This document shows, in pieces, positions 39,447 to 48,375 of a DNA stretch of 64,000 nt (positions within the stretch are counted from its first letter, which is position 1; each line of letters starts with the position of its first letter). The position numbers were made by a program, and so were the translations under genes. Under the pieces are notes generated by a model. The model was given only the letters and a program-made list of their open reading frames with translations. It was not told the DNA's origin and did no database searches. Source of the DNA: Candidatus Binatia bacterium (GTDB lineage: Bacteria; Desulfobacterota; Binatia; UBA9968); the NCBI GenBank assembly GCA_036504975.1, contig DASXUF010000017.1:13561-77560 (forward strand), written 5' to 3'.

Positions 39447-40658
39447 ATGCAGAAGCCATTTCTTTACAGGTACGCAGAGTCCCAAGGCGGACAGGTCATC
39501 GTTCTGGCCGCTTTATTGCTGATTCCGGTTGTAGGCATCATCGGGGTAGCCATAGATGCAGGCTTCCTTTTCCAGCTCAAAAGGAACATGCAGACGGCCG
39601 CTGATAGCGCTGCCGTTGCGGGAGCCCTAGAGACACGGAAGGGCAGTAACATAACTGCGATCACCACGGCGGCCGAGGACGACGCGGCCTTAAACGGGTT
39701 TACAAAAGGGGTGGACAACGTAAACGTCACAGTCAACAGTCCGCCAGCGAGCGGGCAGTATAGCGCCAGCGACGACTATATCGAGGTGATCGTTAATCAG
39801 AGGAAATCGACCTTCTTTATCCGCGTCCTGTCTCTCATCTCATCCGACGACTTCAGCACCGCCACAGTTGCGGCCCGGGCTGTCGCCGGCCCTAAGCCTT
39901 TGCCCGAGTGCATCTGGGCACTGAATCCCTTGGCGGTCACGGGATTGACGGTCGCTGGCACCGCCAGTATTAACGCCGCAGAGTGCGGCGTCTATGTCAG
40001 ATCAAGCTCGAGCACTGCGATGATCCTCAATGGAGGCGCGTGTGTGCACGTCAAAGAAATCGACATCGTGGGAAACTACACAGGCGGTTGTGCCACCCCC
40101 ACCCCAAGAACCAACGCTCCGGCAAAGTCCGATCCGCTGAGAAGTCTACCGGCGCCCACCCCCAGTCTCCCCTGCATTCTACCGCTGCCGACACAGCGGA
40201 ATTTTAACCCGGGTACTTATTGTACGATTGCCGTCAGTGGCAACGAGGCGTGGACCTTCAATCCAGGCACCTATTATATCGTCGGCGGCTTCACGATAGG
40301 CGGTAACGCAACCGTCACGGGCAACGGGGTAACTTTTTATATCGCAGCAGGAGGAAGCGTCAGCTTCGCCGGAACCGGTGCAGTGAGGCTCTCGGCTCCG
40401 ACCAGTGGAACCTATAAAGGTGTTCTCCTGTTCCAGGGCCGCACTAACCCGATTCCGGCCGCGATGTCGGGAGGCTCTAACAAAATCTTCAATGGGACAA
40501 TCTACGTTCCCGGCGCCGTCCTTTCTTTTTCAGGAGGGAGTTGCTCCGAATCTCGCACTGTGCTCATTGCCGATATTATCACAATTTCGGGTTCAACCTG
40601 TTTTGCGCAGCCCACGAACGCTCCATCGGGCCCCGGAAATGTAGTGCTCGCGGAATGA
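39447..40658 (+). CDS. tadG: TadG-like Flp pilus assembly protein (TadE/G N-terminal pseudopilin-like segment + large C-terminal domain)
   Basis: 403 aa. The N-terminal hydrophobic helix followed by AIDAGFLFQLKRNMQTAADSAA matches the TadE/TadG N-terminal (Tad_N) motif. Gly/Thr-rich beta-like C-terminus. Confidence 0.6.
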   Translation: MQKPFLYRYAESQGGQVIVLAALLLIPVVGIIGVAIDAGFLFQLKRNMQTAADSAAVAGALETRKGSNITAITTAAEDDAALNGFTKGVDNVNVTVNSPPASGQYSASDDYIEVIVNQRKSTFFIRVLSLISSDDFSTATVAARAVAGPKPLPECIWALNPLAVTGLTVAGTASINAAECGVYVRSSSSTAMILNGGACVHVKEIDIVGNYTGGCATPTPRTNAPAKSDPLRSLPAPTPSLPCILPLPTQRNFNPGTYCTIAVSGNEAWTFNPGTYYIVGGFTIGGNATVTGNGVTFYIAAGGSVSFAGTGAVRLSAPTSGTYKGVLLFQGRTNPIPAAMSGGSNKIFNGTIYVPGAVLSFSGGSCSESRTVLIADIITISGSTCFAQPTNAPSGPGNVVLAE

Positions 40659-41113
40659 ATATGAAATCTATATCGAATAAGGGCCAAGCCCTGGTTGAAT
40701 TTGCTTTGCTCTTGCCGTTTCTCGTCCTGCTGCTCCTGCCGACGATCGATCTGGGACGAATCTTTTATTTTGCAATGGCGGTGACCCAGGCGGCGCGCGC
40801 GGGCGCGGAGTATGGATTTCACAATCAGACGGATTCTGCGGGCATGACGGCGGCGGCAGTGGCTACCGGCGCCGACGTAGGCTTGACCACAAGCGACGTG
40901 ACCACAGCCGACATGTACTGGCGCTGTCCGAGCGATGCAACGACGACGAAGCATACCAATTTTCCAATCCCACCGGCAAGCTGCGGGACCGGCATCGCGG
41001 CTGTCGTCTACGTCAGGATCGTAGTCACCAAGGACTTTAGCCTGCTTTACAGCTATCCCTGGGTCGCCGACACGCTTACAATAACAAGATCCGCAGAAAT
41101 GCGGGTGCAATAA
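40655..41113 (+). CDS. tadE: TadE-like minor pseudopilin
   Basis: Start at ATG 40655 (MNMKSISNKGQALVEFALLLPFLVLLLLPTIDLGRIFYF), overlapping the tadG stop (ATGA). TadE motif present (GQALVEFAL...DLGR). Confidence 0.65.
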   Translation: MNMKSISNKGQALVEFALLLPFLVLLLLPTIDLGRIFYFAMAVTQAARAGAEYGFHNQTDSAGMTAAAVATGADVGLTTSDVTTADMYWRCPSDATTTKHTNFPIPPASCGTGIAAVVYVRIVVTKDFSLLYSYPWVADTLTITRSAEMRVQ

Positions 41114-41115
41114 GG

Positions 41116-41523
41116 ATGAGAAAAGTGATTCGAGGCGAGGCGGGCCAGAGCACCGTAGAGTTTGCCCTGATCCTCCTCCTTTTCCTGATGGTAATCTTGG
41201 GCATCTTTGAAGGCAGTCGATTGATCTTTGACTACAACATTGTCTCGGAAGCCGCGAGAGAGGGAGTTCGCTATGCCACGGTTCGCGGGAGCGCCTGTGC
41301 TCTTCCCGACGGCTCCTCCTGTACCGCCTCCGCGACCCAGATCAGTGGCTACGTTCAGAGCAAAGCCGTAGGGCGGCCTGTGACCGTGAACGTGACCTGG
41401 CCCGCCCCCCCCGACCCAGGGAGCACCGTCGTGGTCCAAGTGACCTCTTCTTTCACGCCCGTGGTGTGGTTTATCCCGGCCGTCGACCTCTCAAGCGAAG
41501 CCCGAATGGTGATCGCCCGCTAG
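41116..41523 (+). CDS. TadE/TadF-like minor pseudopilin (second copy)
   Basis: 135 aa with the same TadE N-terminal signature (GQSTVEFALILLLFLMVILGIFEGSRLIF). Confidence 0.65.
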   Translation: MRKVIRGEAGQSTVEFALILLLFLMVILGIFEGSRLIFDYNIVSEAAREGVRYATVRGSACALPDGSSCTASATQISGYVQSKAVGRPVTVNVTWPAPPDPGSTVVVQVTSSFTPVVWFIPAVDLSSEARMVIAR

Positions 41524-41578
41524 GTCGCTTGCGCTCAAAATCTTCGAGTATTTTGGAAACCAATTCGTCGTTGGCTGT

Positions 41579-42892
41579 CTAGACAGCCATCTTGCTGAGT
41601 TCCGAATGGGAATAACTTTGCTCGGCTGCCGCGGCAAATTTTGCTAGCTTGCGATAGAGTGTTCGGGGAGATATGCCAAGCAACTCGGCGGCCTTCATCT
41701 TGTTGTTATCAGACTTTCGGATTGCCTCCTCCACCACTTCCCTTTCAGCCTGCTCGATGGTCCGAATCGCCTTGGCGCCGATCTCTACCCGGTGACCGGT
41801 CGCGTACTGCTGCAAATGCATCGGCAGGTCGGCGACGGTCACGTACTCCTCATCCGAAACCATCAGCGCGCTCTCGATCACATTCTTGAGTTCCCGGACA
41901 TTGCCCGGCCATGGATAATCCAAAAACAACGCCTTGACCGAGCTGCTTAACTTTTTTGCTGGTTTGGGATTCGGCCCACAAGCCCGGCGGATAAAGTGCT
42001 CGACCAAAGGCAGAACATCTTCCCTGCGCTCATACAGCGGCGGCAAGATGATGCGGGCGCTGTTCAATCGATAATAAAGGTCCTTGCGAAAGCTGTCGTT
42101 CGAGATGGCCTGCTCGAGATTTCGGTTGGTCGCGGCGACAATGCGCACGTCGGCGGTTTTAGCCGAAGAGTCTCCGATCCTGTAGTATTCGCGGCTTTCC
42201 AAAAAGCGCAAAAGCTTCAGTTGAATATTCGGAGAGAGATCTCCGATCTCATCGAAAAACAGCGTTCCCCCTTCGGCAGACTCGATCAGCCCCATTTTGT
42301 TCTTATCGGCTCCGGTGAACGCGCCTTTGACGTGTCCGAATAGCTCGCTCTCGACCAGGGTATCCGGAATCGCGCTGACGTTGCACGGAACGAACGGCCC
42401 GGTCTTTCTCGGACTCTCATCGCAAATGTAGCGAGCCACCACCTCTTTACCGGTGCCCGTCTCGCCGGTGATTAGGATGGTTACGTCGTGCTTGGCATAA
42501 CGAGTTGCCAAGTCCAGGACCTCGCGGAACTTTGTCCCTTCCGCGATTATTTGCTGCGAGAATGATTCTTCCGGCCGAGGACTGTCGGCCTCGATCTGGC
42601 AGCCAAGAAGGTATTGAAGGTTTTGGGGAAACTCGGCATGAAAGGTAACCAGCGTAGCGCTTGAGCCGCCGATCCTGGACCGATAAACGAACTTCTCCCA
42701 GCCCGGGCCCTGGCACATGGCGACATCAACGAAGATATATTTGACCTGATCTAAAAGGAAGGAGTAGGCACGTTCGGCTTCTTCCCAGCTACTGCTCAGA
42801 TGGATCGATAAGCCCCGCTCTTCGAGGGACTTTTGAACCGGAGCGACCGGAGCGCCCAGTCCGTAAATCACCAGTGTGTGGATATTGGACAT
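41579..42892 (-). CDS. sigma-54-dependent transcriptional activator (AAA+ sigma54-interaction domain + Fis-type HTH) with degenerate receiver-like N-domain
   Basis: 437 aa. Walker A (GETGTGKE), GAFTGA loop (HVKGAFTGA), Walker B, arginine finger and C-terminal HTH_8 ([16 protein letters not shown]). The N-terminal ~120 aa are receiver-like but I cannot find a canonical phospho-acceptor Asp context. Confidence 0.85.
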   Translation of the reverse strand: MSNIHTLVIYGLGAPVAPVQKSLEERGLSIHLSSSWEEAERAYSFLLDQVKYIFVDVAMCQGPGWEKFVYRSRIGGSSATLVTFHAEFPQNLQYLLGCQIEADSPRPEESFSQQIIAEGTKFREVLDLATRYAKHDVTILITGETGTGKEVVARYICDESPRKTGPFVPCNVSAIPDTLVESELFGHVKGAFTGADKNKMGLIESAEGGTLFFDEIGDLSPNIQLKLLRFLESREYYRIGDSSAKTADVRIVAATNRNLEQAISNDSFRKDLYYRLNSARIILPPLYERREDVLPLVEHFIRRACGPNPKPAKKLSSSVKALFLDYPWPGNVRELKNVIESALMVSDEEYVTVADLPMHLQQYATGHRVEIGAKAIRTIEQAEREVVEEAIRKSDNNKMKAAELLGISPRTLYRKLAKFAAAAEQSYSHSELSKMAV

Positions 42893-43189
42893 TATTTAGT
42901 CTGGTCGTCGCGATAATGTTTCAAATGGATGCTCGCAGCATGGATGGAACGTCCCAGTACACAAAAGTTCTCTCTAAGTCCATCTTGATCCTTGGAACTC
43001 CAATCCCTTCAATTCTGCTAATGGCCCTGCCATAGCGAGGGGGCTAACCGGGCAAAGAATGGCAGCACTCTTACCTCCTAGAGCTATCGGCAGATTCTGC
43101 CGTAACATTAAGTGGGCTAAAGGCCCCTCACCCGTTGGATTCAACAGCGCAACGATTCGAAGGACTTAGCTTCTTACGAGGATTTATGG

Positions 43190-43270
43190 GTCAGTACGAG
43201 TCGGTATTACAATCGGCTGCCGATCAGGCACGATTCAGGTCGAGATCGAGACCGCGAAGCGCCTGCCAAT
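43190..43270 (+). pseudogene. orphan 3' fragment of a PrpF-family gene
   Basis: A 33-nt segment (ggcacgattcaggtcgagatcgagaccgcgaag) matches the 3' end of the PrpF-family gene at 29466..29498 with one mismatch. In frame it encodes ...IGCRSGTIQVEIETAKR, versus ...IGHPSGTIQVEIETAKN in the intact gene. Confidence 0.35.
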
Positions 43271-43395
43271 GGCCGGCTGTGCCTACTACGCGATCGGGAA
43301 GCCCGTATATCGACACCTTAATTTTCTCTTGAACAGCCTTCCAACCGAGAGTAGACTTTTCACTCAACTAGTTTCGAAGTTATCGAAGAGAGATT

Positions 43396-43870
43396 TCACC
43401 GGTTCGCCTTTTCGGACAAGAACTCCAGGACTTCTTGCGGATGCTCCTCGGCGTTCTTCACCGTCTGCCAATGTTTTCTGACCTTGCCGTCCGCGCCGAT
43501 CACGACCGTCGAGCGGATCGTGCCTTCGACCGTTTTGCCGTACATTATCTTTTTGCCCCAAGCGCCGTAGGCGCGCATGACCTTGGCCTCGGGATCTGAA
43601 AGCAATACGAATGGCAGGCGATAGGCGGTTTTAAATTTATCGTGCGACGCGGGACTGTCTTTGCTGACGCCGAGAACCGCGGCGCCCGCTTTTTGCACGT
43701 CTTGGTTTAAGTCTCTGAAGCCGCAGGCTTCCTTCGTGCCATCCGGGCGTGTTGTCTCTGGGATAAAAGTAGAGAACGACCGTTTTCCCGTTGTAGTCTT
43801 TGAGCCGATGGCGCTTGGCGTCGCTTCCTTCGAGTTCGAAATCCGGCGCCTTCTTTCCCTCCAGGTTCAT
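43396..43870 (-). pseudogene. bcp: thiol peroxidase Bcp (peroxiredoxin Q family) interrupted by a +1 frameshift at the peroxidatic-Cys codon
   Basis: Two overlapping minus-strand ORFs in different frames encode the N-terminal (MNLEGKKAPDFELEGSD...VVLYFYPRDNTPG) and C-terminal (QKAGAAVLGVSKDSPASHDKFK...) halves of Bcp. Deleting one G in the run around 43735-43737 restores the conserved ...PGCTKEACGFRD... motif. GGAGGA RBS precedes the ATG. Confidence 0.55.
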
Positions 43871-43989
43871 CGCGTCCTCCGTTCCGTGCGCCCGGTTCCT
43901 AGAGATAACGGCTATATGACAAATACCAAGGCCGGTCAACGACCCGCGCCGGATTGTTAACCATCAGTGGCGGCGCTATAGTTTCGGTG

Positions 43990-45084
43990 ATGGCCAAGAC
44001 GACTCCTCTCGTAGATATTCACCGCGTGCACGGCGCAACGCTCGTCGAACAAGACGGCTGGGTCTTGCCGGCCCGTTTCGGCGCGCCGCTGGAGGAATAC
44101 CAGGCCGTCCGCTCGGCCGTAGGACTCTTTGACATGTGCGACTACGCCGCGGTCGAGCTCACCGGGCCGGACCGCGCCTCCTATCTTCAGGGCATGGTCA
44201 GCAACGACGTTAAAAAACTCACGCTGGGAAGCGGAGTCTATGCAGCCGTGCTCGACGTGAACGGCAAGATCCTCGCGGATTTGAGAGTTCTTTGTGCTGA
44301 AGAGTCTTTAATCATTTTACTGAAGGACTTCTTGAAAGAAAAAGTCATCGCCCAACTGAACCGCTATCTCGTGGCGGACGACGTCGAGATCAGCGACGCC
44401 GCCGGGCGTTATGGAATGATTTCCCTTCAGGGCCCGCACGCCTTCCTTTTATTGAATGCCGCCGCTCCCCATCAGGACCCGCCCGTGCATATGAACGAGC
44501 ATCGTGTGCTCCGCATCGTAGAGCGGGAGGTCCGAGCGATTCGCGCGACCCACACCGGCGAAGAAGGGTTCGATCTCTTGATGGAGGTCGAAAATCTCGC
44601 GCAGGTCGTCGGCGAAATCGAAAGGGCCGGAACGGCGCTCGCTCTCCGCTGGGCGGGGCTCCAGGCGCAGGAAATCCTTCGGGTCGAGGCCGGCCTGCCG
44701 CGCTACGGCATCGACATGGACGAAGATAATTTATTGCTGGAGACCGGCCTGGAGCACGCCGTGAGTTTCAACAAAGGCTGTTACATCGGCCAGGAAGTGA
44801 TCGAGCGCGTGCGCTCGCGCGGCCACGTCAACCGGAAACTCGCCGGCATCGCGCTCGACGGGGAAAGCCCGGCGCAGCGCTGCGACAAGATCCATGCCGA
44901 CGGAAAAGAAATCGGCCGAGTCACCAGCTCGGTTTTTTCGCCGAAGATCGGTCGGCCCATCGCTCTCGGCTACGTGCACCGCGATTACTGGGCGCCGGGC
45001 ACGACGGTCTCCGTCGAACGAAACGGCGAGCGGATCGGCGGCATGGTTACAGCCCTGCCTTTCGTGTATTCGACTTCCCCTTGA
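43990..45084 (+). CDS. aminomethyltransferase (GcvT/YgfZ) family folate-binding protein
   Basis: Start at ATG 43990 (MAKTTPLVDIHRVHGATLV...). GCV_T-fold blocks (AVGLFDMCDYAAVELTGPD, GEEGFDLL, GCYIGQE). Confidence 0.7.
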   Translation: MAKTTPLVDIHRVHGATLVEQDGWVLPARFGAPLEEYQAVRSAVGLFDMCDYAAVELTGPDRASYLQGMVSNDVKKLTLGSGVYAAVLDVNGKILADLRVLCAEESLIILLKDFLKEKVIAQLNRYLVADDVEISDAAGRYGMISLQGPHAFLLLNAAAPHQDPPVHMNEHRVLRIVEREVRAIRATHTGEEGFDLLMEVENLAQVVGEIERAGTALALRWAGLQAQEILRVEAGLPRYGIDMDEDNLLLETGLEHAVSFNKGCYIGQEVIERVRSRGHVNRKLAGIALDGESPAQRCDKIHADGKEIGRVTSSVFSPKIGRPIALGYVHRDYWAPGTTVSVERNGERIGGMVTALPFVYSTSP

Positions 45085-45141
45085 AAGCCGCTGGGAGCTG
45101 GGATAGATAATCGCACTCCAGGAAAGAAAGGAGATCCAAGG

Positions 45142-45447
45142 ATGGCAGCATTCGTTAAGGTGTGCAAAAAAACAGATATCCCGGCAGGATCTGGCAAGAC
45201 CGTTGACGTTAACGGCAAAGCGGTTGCTCTCTTCAACGTAGATGGAAACTTTCACGCCGTCGATAATACTTGCCTGCACCGCGGCGGACCTCTCGGCGAA
45301 GGCGAGCTGGACGGCAAAATCGTTACCTGTCCCTGGCACGGTTGGAGGTACGATGTAACGACCGGCACAAACGAACTCACCCCGTCGGTGACGGTGGCCA
45401 AATATGAAGTAAAGGTCGAGGGGGAGGACGTACTGGTCGCCGCGTAG
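45142..45447 (+). CDS. Rieske [2Fe-2S] ferredoxin (NirD/small-subunit type)
   Basis: 101 aa with Rieske ligand boxes (CLHRGGPL ... CPWHGWRY). Confidence 0.8.
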   Translation: MAAFVKVCKKTDIPAGSGKTVDVNGKAVALFNVDGNFHAVDNTCLHRGGPLGEGELDGKIVTCPWHGWRYDVTTGTNELTPSVTVAKYEVKVEGEDVLVAA

Positions 45448-45469
45448 ACTTTCAATCTCAGCGTTCGGC

Positions 45470-45550
45470 AAGTTGACCGTTCGTACTTCGACTAAGCTCA
45501 GCACGAACGGTAAAACTGGGACCGGTCATCCTGAGCCCGTCGAAGGATGA
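45470..45550. repeat. tandem REP-like hairpins (ccgttcgt-ACTTCGACTAAGCTCAGC-acgaacgg and gtcatcct-gagcccgtcgaa-ggatgac)
   Basis: The loop 15-mer ttcgactaagctcag recurs at 46712..46726 inside another hairpin. The second hairpin matches the gtcattctgagcgaagcgaagaatc-type element at 10524..10556. Confidence 0.5.
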
Positions 45551-45574
45551 CTCAGCGTTCCTTACAAAATCTTT

Positions 45575-46042
45575 CTAACTTCGATTGATTTTATCCAGCT
45601 CCTCCAGCAGCTCTTTGTTCTCGGGAATTCCCTTGTCGTATTCTTTGCGGTAGCGGATCATGCCCCGCTTGTCGATGATGACGACGGTCCGCTTGGGGTA
45701 TCCTTCCGGGCGCAGACAATTGTAGAGGGCGGTCACCGCTCCGTGCGGATAAAAATCCGACAGCATCGGGAAATTGATTCCGCCCATCTTCTCGGCGAAC
45801 GCCTTGTGTGAAAAAACCGAATCGACGCTTACGCTCAGAACCTGAGCGTCTCTGGCCTCGAACTCCTTGCGGTCGGCTTCGAGGTTGGTCAGCTCCTGCT
45901 GTCAGCCGCCGGTGAAATCCAGCGGATAAAACGCCAGCACGACGCTCTTCTTGCTGGCAAAGTCTTGCAAGCCGACTTTTTGTTCCCGCGATACGGGAAG
46001 AGTGAAATCGGGTGCCTTCTGGCCCACATCGACGGTCGCCAT
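45575..46042 (-). CDS. peroxiredoxin (AhpC/TSA family) with in-frame TGA at the peroxidatic-Cys position (candidate selenocysteine-containing Prx)
   Basis: ATG at 46042..46040 with a strong AAAGGAGGA RBS. The frame reads MATVDVGQKAPDFTLPVS...SVVLAFYPLDFTGG[TGA]QQELTNLEADRKEFEARDAQVLSVSVDSVFSHKAFAEK and joins, still in frame, the C-terminal ORF 45575..45787 (MGGINFPMLSD...). The TGA (45902..45904 on plus) is codon 47 and sits where Prx proteins carry T-x-x-C within FYPLDFTFVCPTE. A hairpin (CCUCGAA...UUCGAGG) lies 18 nt 3' of the UGA. Confidence 0.5.
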
Positions 46043-46080
46043 ACAAATCCTCCTTTAAAATCGAATCGTCCAGTAATCCA

Positions 46081-46626
46081 TTACTTCATTTTGGCGCCGA
46101 GGTAAACCCTGATGTAATCTCTCAACGCCTCGCGCGTACTGTCAAAGCCGAGGTCGTCCCAGGGAATTTCCCGAGAATCGAACGTGGCGGCCTCGACGGA
46201 CTCGTCGCCGGCTTCGAGCTGGCCGCCGATCACCTCCGCCGCGTAGACTACGATCACGTTGGGAGAACCCTTGTACGAATACACGCCGACGACCGGCCCG
46301 AGACGAACGTCGAGACAGGATTCTTCCCGCGTCTCGCGAATCGCCGCGTCCATAACGCTTTCGCCGCGATCGACGTAGCCGCCGGGAAAGACCCACTTGC
46401 CGAGCGCCGGCTCGACGCCGCGGCGCAGCAGGACCACGCGTTGGTCGATCGTGAACAACGTCCCGGCGACGACCTTTGGATCGAGATAAAAAATAAACGA
46501 GCATCCCGCGCACACGAGCCGCTTGGGCTCGCCGGCCTTCATCAGACGACGTTCCAAACCGCCGCCACACTGCGGGCAAAAACGATACTCGACGTGGCCG
46601 TGGCCGTGCTCTTTTAGGTGCGCCAT
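46081..46626 (-). CDS. NUDIX hydrolase with N-terminal zinc ribbon
   Basis: 181 aa. Cys4 ribbon (CPQCGG...CAGC) followed by a Nudix box (GGYVDRGESVMDAAIRETREESCLDV). Confidence 0.75.
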   Translation of the reverse strand: MAHLKEHGHGHVEYRFCPQCGGGLERRLMKAGEPKRLVCAGCSFIFYLDPKVVAGTLFTIDQRVVLLRRGVEPALGKWVFPGGYVDRGESVMDAAIRETREESCLDVRLGPVVGVYSYKGSPNVIVVYAAEVIGGQLEAGDESVEAATFDSREIPWDDLGFDSTREALRDYIRVYLGAKMK

Positions 46627-46878
46627 TTTTCTTATTTATCTTGGGACCTCAGGCTTCCGTGTGATGCAAGGCTCGGAAATCGCACCGCCGAGGCGCGGAG
46701 GGCACGTCCTTCGACTAAGCTCAGGATGCGCAGCTATGAAGGAATTCCGCTCGTGGTGAGCTTGTCGAACCATGCGAACTCCGTGTCTCGGTGGTGAATG
46801 ATTCTTCACAGGAAACCCTGAATAGCCTTTATCTTAGACTCGGTTGAAACAAAAGAGGGTATTCGGTAAGCCTTAGCC

Positions 46879-47574
46879 ATGCTGCGCGCCGTGATCTTCG
46901 ACTTCAATGGAATTTTGGTGAACGACGAGCCGATTCATTGGGAATTGTTCCGCAGAGTTCTGCTCGAAGAGGGCTTGGCGCTTAGCGACAAGGAATACTA
47001 CGAGCGCTATCTCGGCATGGATGACCGCGGCTGCTTCAGGGCGGTTTTCCAAGACCGGGGACGGTCGTTGAACGACGCCGCGCTCGCGAAGTTGATCAAG
47101 CGCAAGGCGGAATACTATCGCGCGTCGATCGCCGATCGCATGGTCGTTTTTCCCGGCGTGAAGGAGCTGGTGCCGGAGCTTGCCGCGCGCTTTCCGCTCG
47201 CCGTCGCCTCGGGCGCGCTGCGCGACGAAATCGAGCTAGTCTTGCAAAGCTTCGGCTTGAGAAATTTATTTCGTGCGATCGCGAGCGCGGAAGACGTCGC
47301 CGAAGGCAAGCCCGATCCCGGGATCTTTTTGAAAGCCCTTCAGACGCTCAACGATGAGTCCGGCGAGTCGGGGCCAGGCAAGGAATTGATTCGCCCTTCC
47401 GAGTGCCTCGTGATCGAGGACTCCAAGGAGGGAATCCTGGCCGCGCACCGCGCCGGCATGAAGTGCCTGGCGGTCGCCAACTCCTATCCCGCCCACGATC
47501 TCGCCTCGGCGAACGCCGTGGCCGACAGCCTGAAAGACGTGACCGTCGCGCTGCTCGAATCCCTGTTCAAGTAA
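46879..47574 (+). CDS. HAD-superfamily hydrolase, subfamily IA (phosphatase / beta-phosphoglucomutase-like)
   Basis: 231 aa. Motif I (VIFDFNGILVND), motif II (AVASGA), motif III/IV (LVIEDSKEGILAAHRAGM). Confidence 0.75.
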   Translation: MLRAVIFDFNGILVNDEPIHWELFRRVLLEEGLALSDKEYYERYLGMDDRGCFRAVFQDRGRSLNDAALAKLIKRKAEYYRASIADRMVVFPGVKELVPELAARFPLAVASGALRDEIELVLQSFGLRNLFRAIASAEDVAEGKPDPGIFLKALQTLNDESGESGPGKELIRPSECLVIEDSKEGILAAHRAGMKCLAVANSYPAHDLASANAVADSLKDVTVALLESLFK

Positions 47575-47635
47575 TTCTTGCAGACTTCTTCTGCGCCGGT
47601 TTTCTTGCTCATGCCTCACGCCTCTCGCCTCATGC

Positions 47636-48355
47636 CTATCGGTACGGTGTTTGCTGCGGCCGGATGGTGATTTCGACCGGGCACGAAGTTGTCGGCAAAG
47701 ACAGCACGAACAACACGGTCTCCGCGATATCGTCCGGCTGGATCATCTTGCTGCGGTCCAATCGTTTGTTGGGCGGAATCAACGGCGTATCCACGAATCC
47801 CGGAAGGATCACGGAAACTTTGATGCCGTATTCGCGCACCTCTTCGAAAAGCGACTGCGTGAATCCGATCACGCCGAATTTCGACGCCGAGTACGCGGCG
47901 GTGTTCGCCGAGCCCGCTTTGCCGGAGATCGAACCGATGTTGATGACCGCCCCGCTCTTTTTTTGCAGCAGCGTCGGAAGAACCAGGCGGGTCATGATCA
48001 TCGTCGCTCGCAGGTTGACCTGAAGCGTCCTGTCCACCTCTTCGATCTTGCTGTTCGCCACCGGCGCGGTTTTTCCCCATCCCGCGTTATTGACCAGAAT
48101 ATCGATCGACTCCCACTCTTTCAGCGTGCGCTCGACGAGACGCTCCATATCTTCGTCGCGCGTGACGTCCGTTGGCAAGACGAGCGCGTCGCCGTCACTG
48201 CTCCTGATCTCCTCGGCCACGGCGCGCAGCTCCGGCTCGCTCCGCGCCGCGAGCGCCACGCGCGCGCCGGCCCGGCTCAGCGCCAGGGCGATCGCCCGGC
48301 CGATGCCGCGGCCCGCGCCGGTGACGATCGCGACTTTATTCGTCAAAGACTTCAT
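47636..48355 (-). CDS. SDR-family oxidoreductase (3-oxoacyl-ACP-reductase-like)
   Basis: 239 aa. TGAGRGIG cofactor motif, NNAG, catalytic YxxxK (YSASKFG). Confidence 0.85.
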   Translation of the reverse strand: MKSLTNKVAIVTGAGRGIGRAIALALSRAGARVALAARSEPELRAVAEEIRSSDGDALVLPTDVTRDEDMERLVERTLKEWESIDILVNNAGWGKTAPVANSKIEEVDRTLQVNLRATMIMTRLVLPTLLQKKSGAVINIGSISGKAGSANTAAYSASKFGVIGFTQSLFEEVREYGIKVSVILPGFVDTPLIPPNKRLDRSKMIQPDDIAETVLFVLSLPTTSCPVEITIRPQQTPYR

Positions 48356-48375
48356 AAATTCGCCGGCGCATGAAC

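Noticed and set aside
42893-43395. A 500-bp GC-poorer spacer examined for tRNA/ncRNA or a CRISPR array.
   Set aside because: No cloverleaf-compatible GTTCGAATC-type T-arm and no repeated spacers/repeats. It contains only the PrpF 3' fragment and the bcp 3' end.
45591-46046. 151-aa ORF in the track covering the peroxiredoxin N-terminal region.
   Set aside because: Wrong frame (Arg/Gly-rich, no motif). The frame that carries the Prx motifs is the one with the in-frame TGA, reported above.
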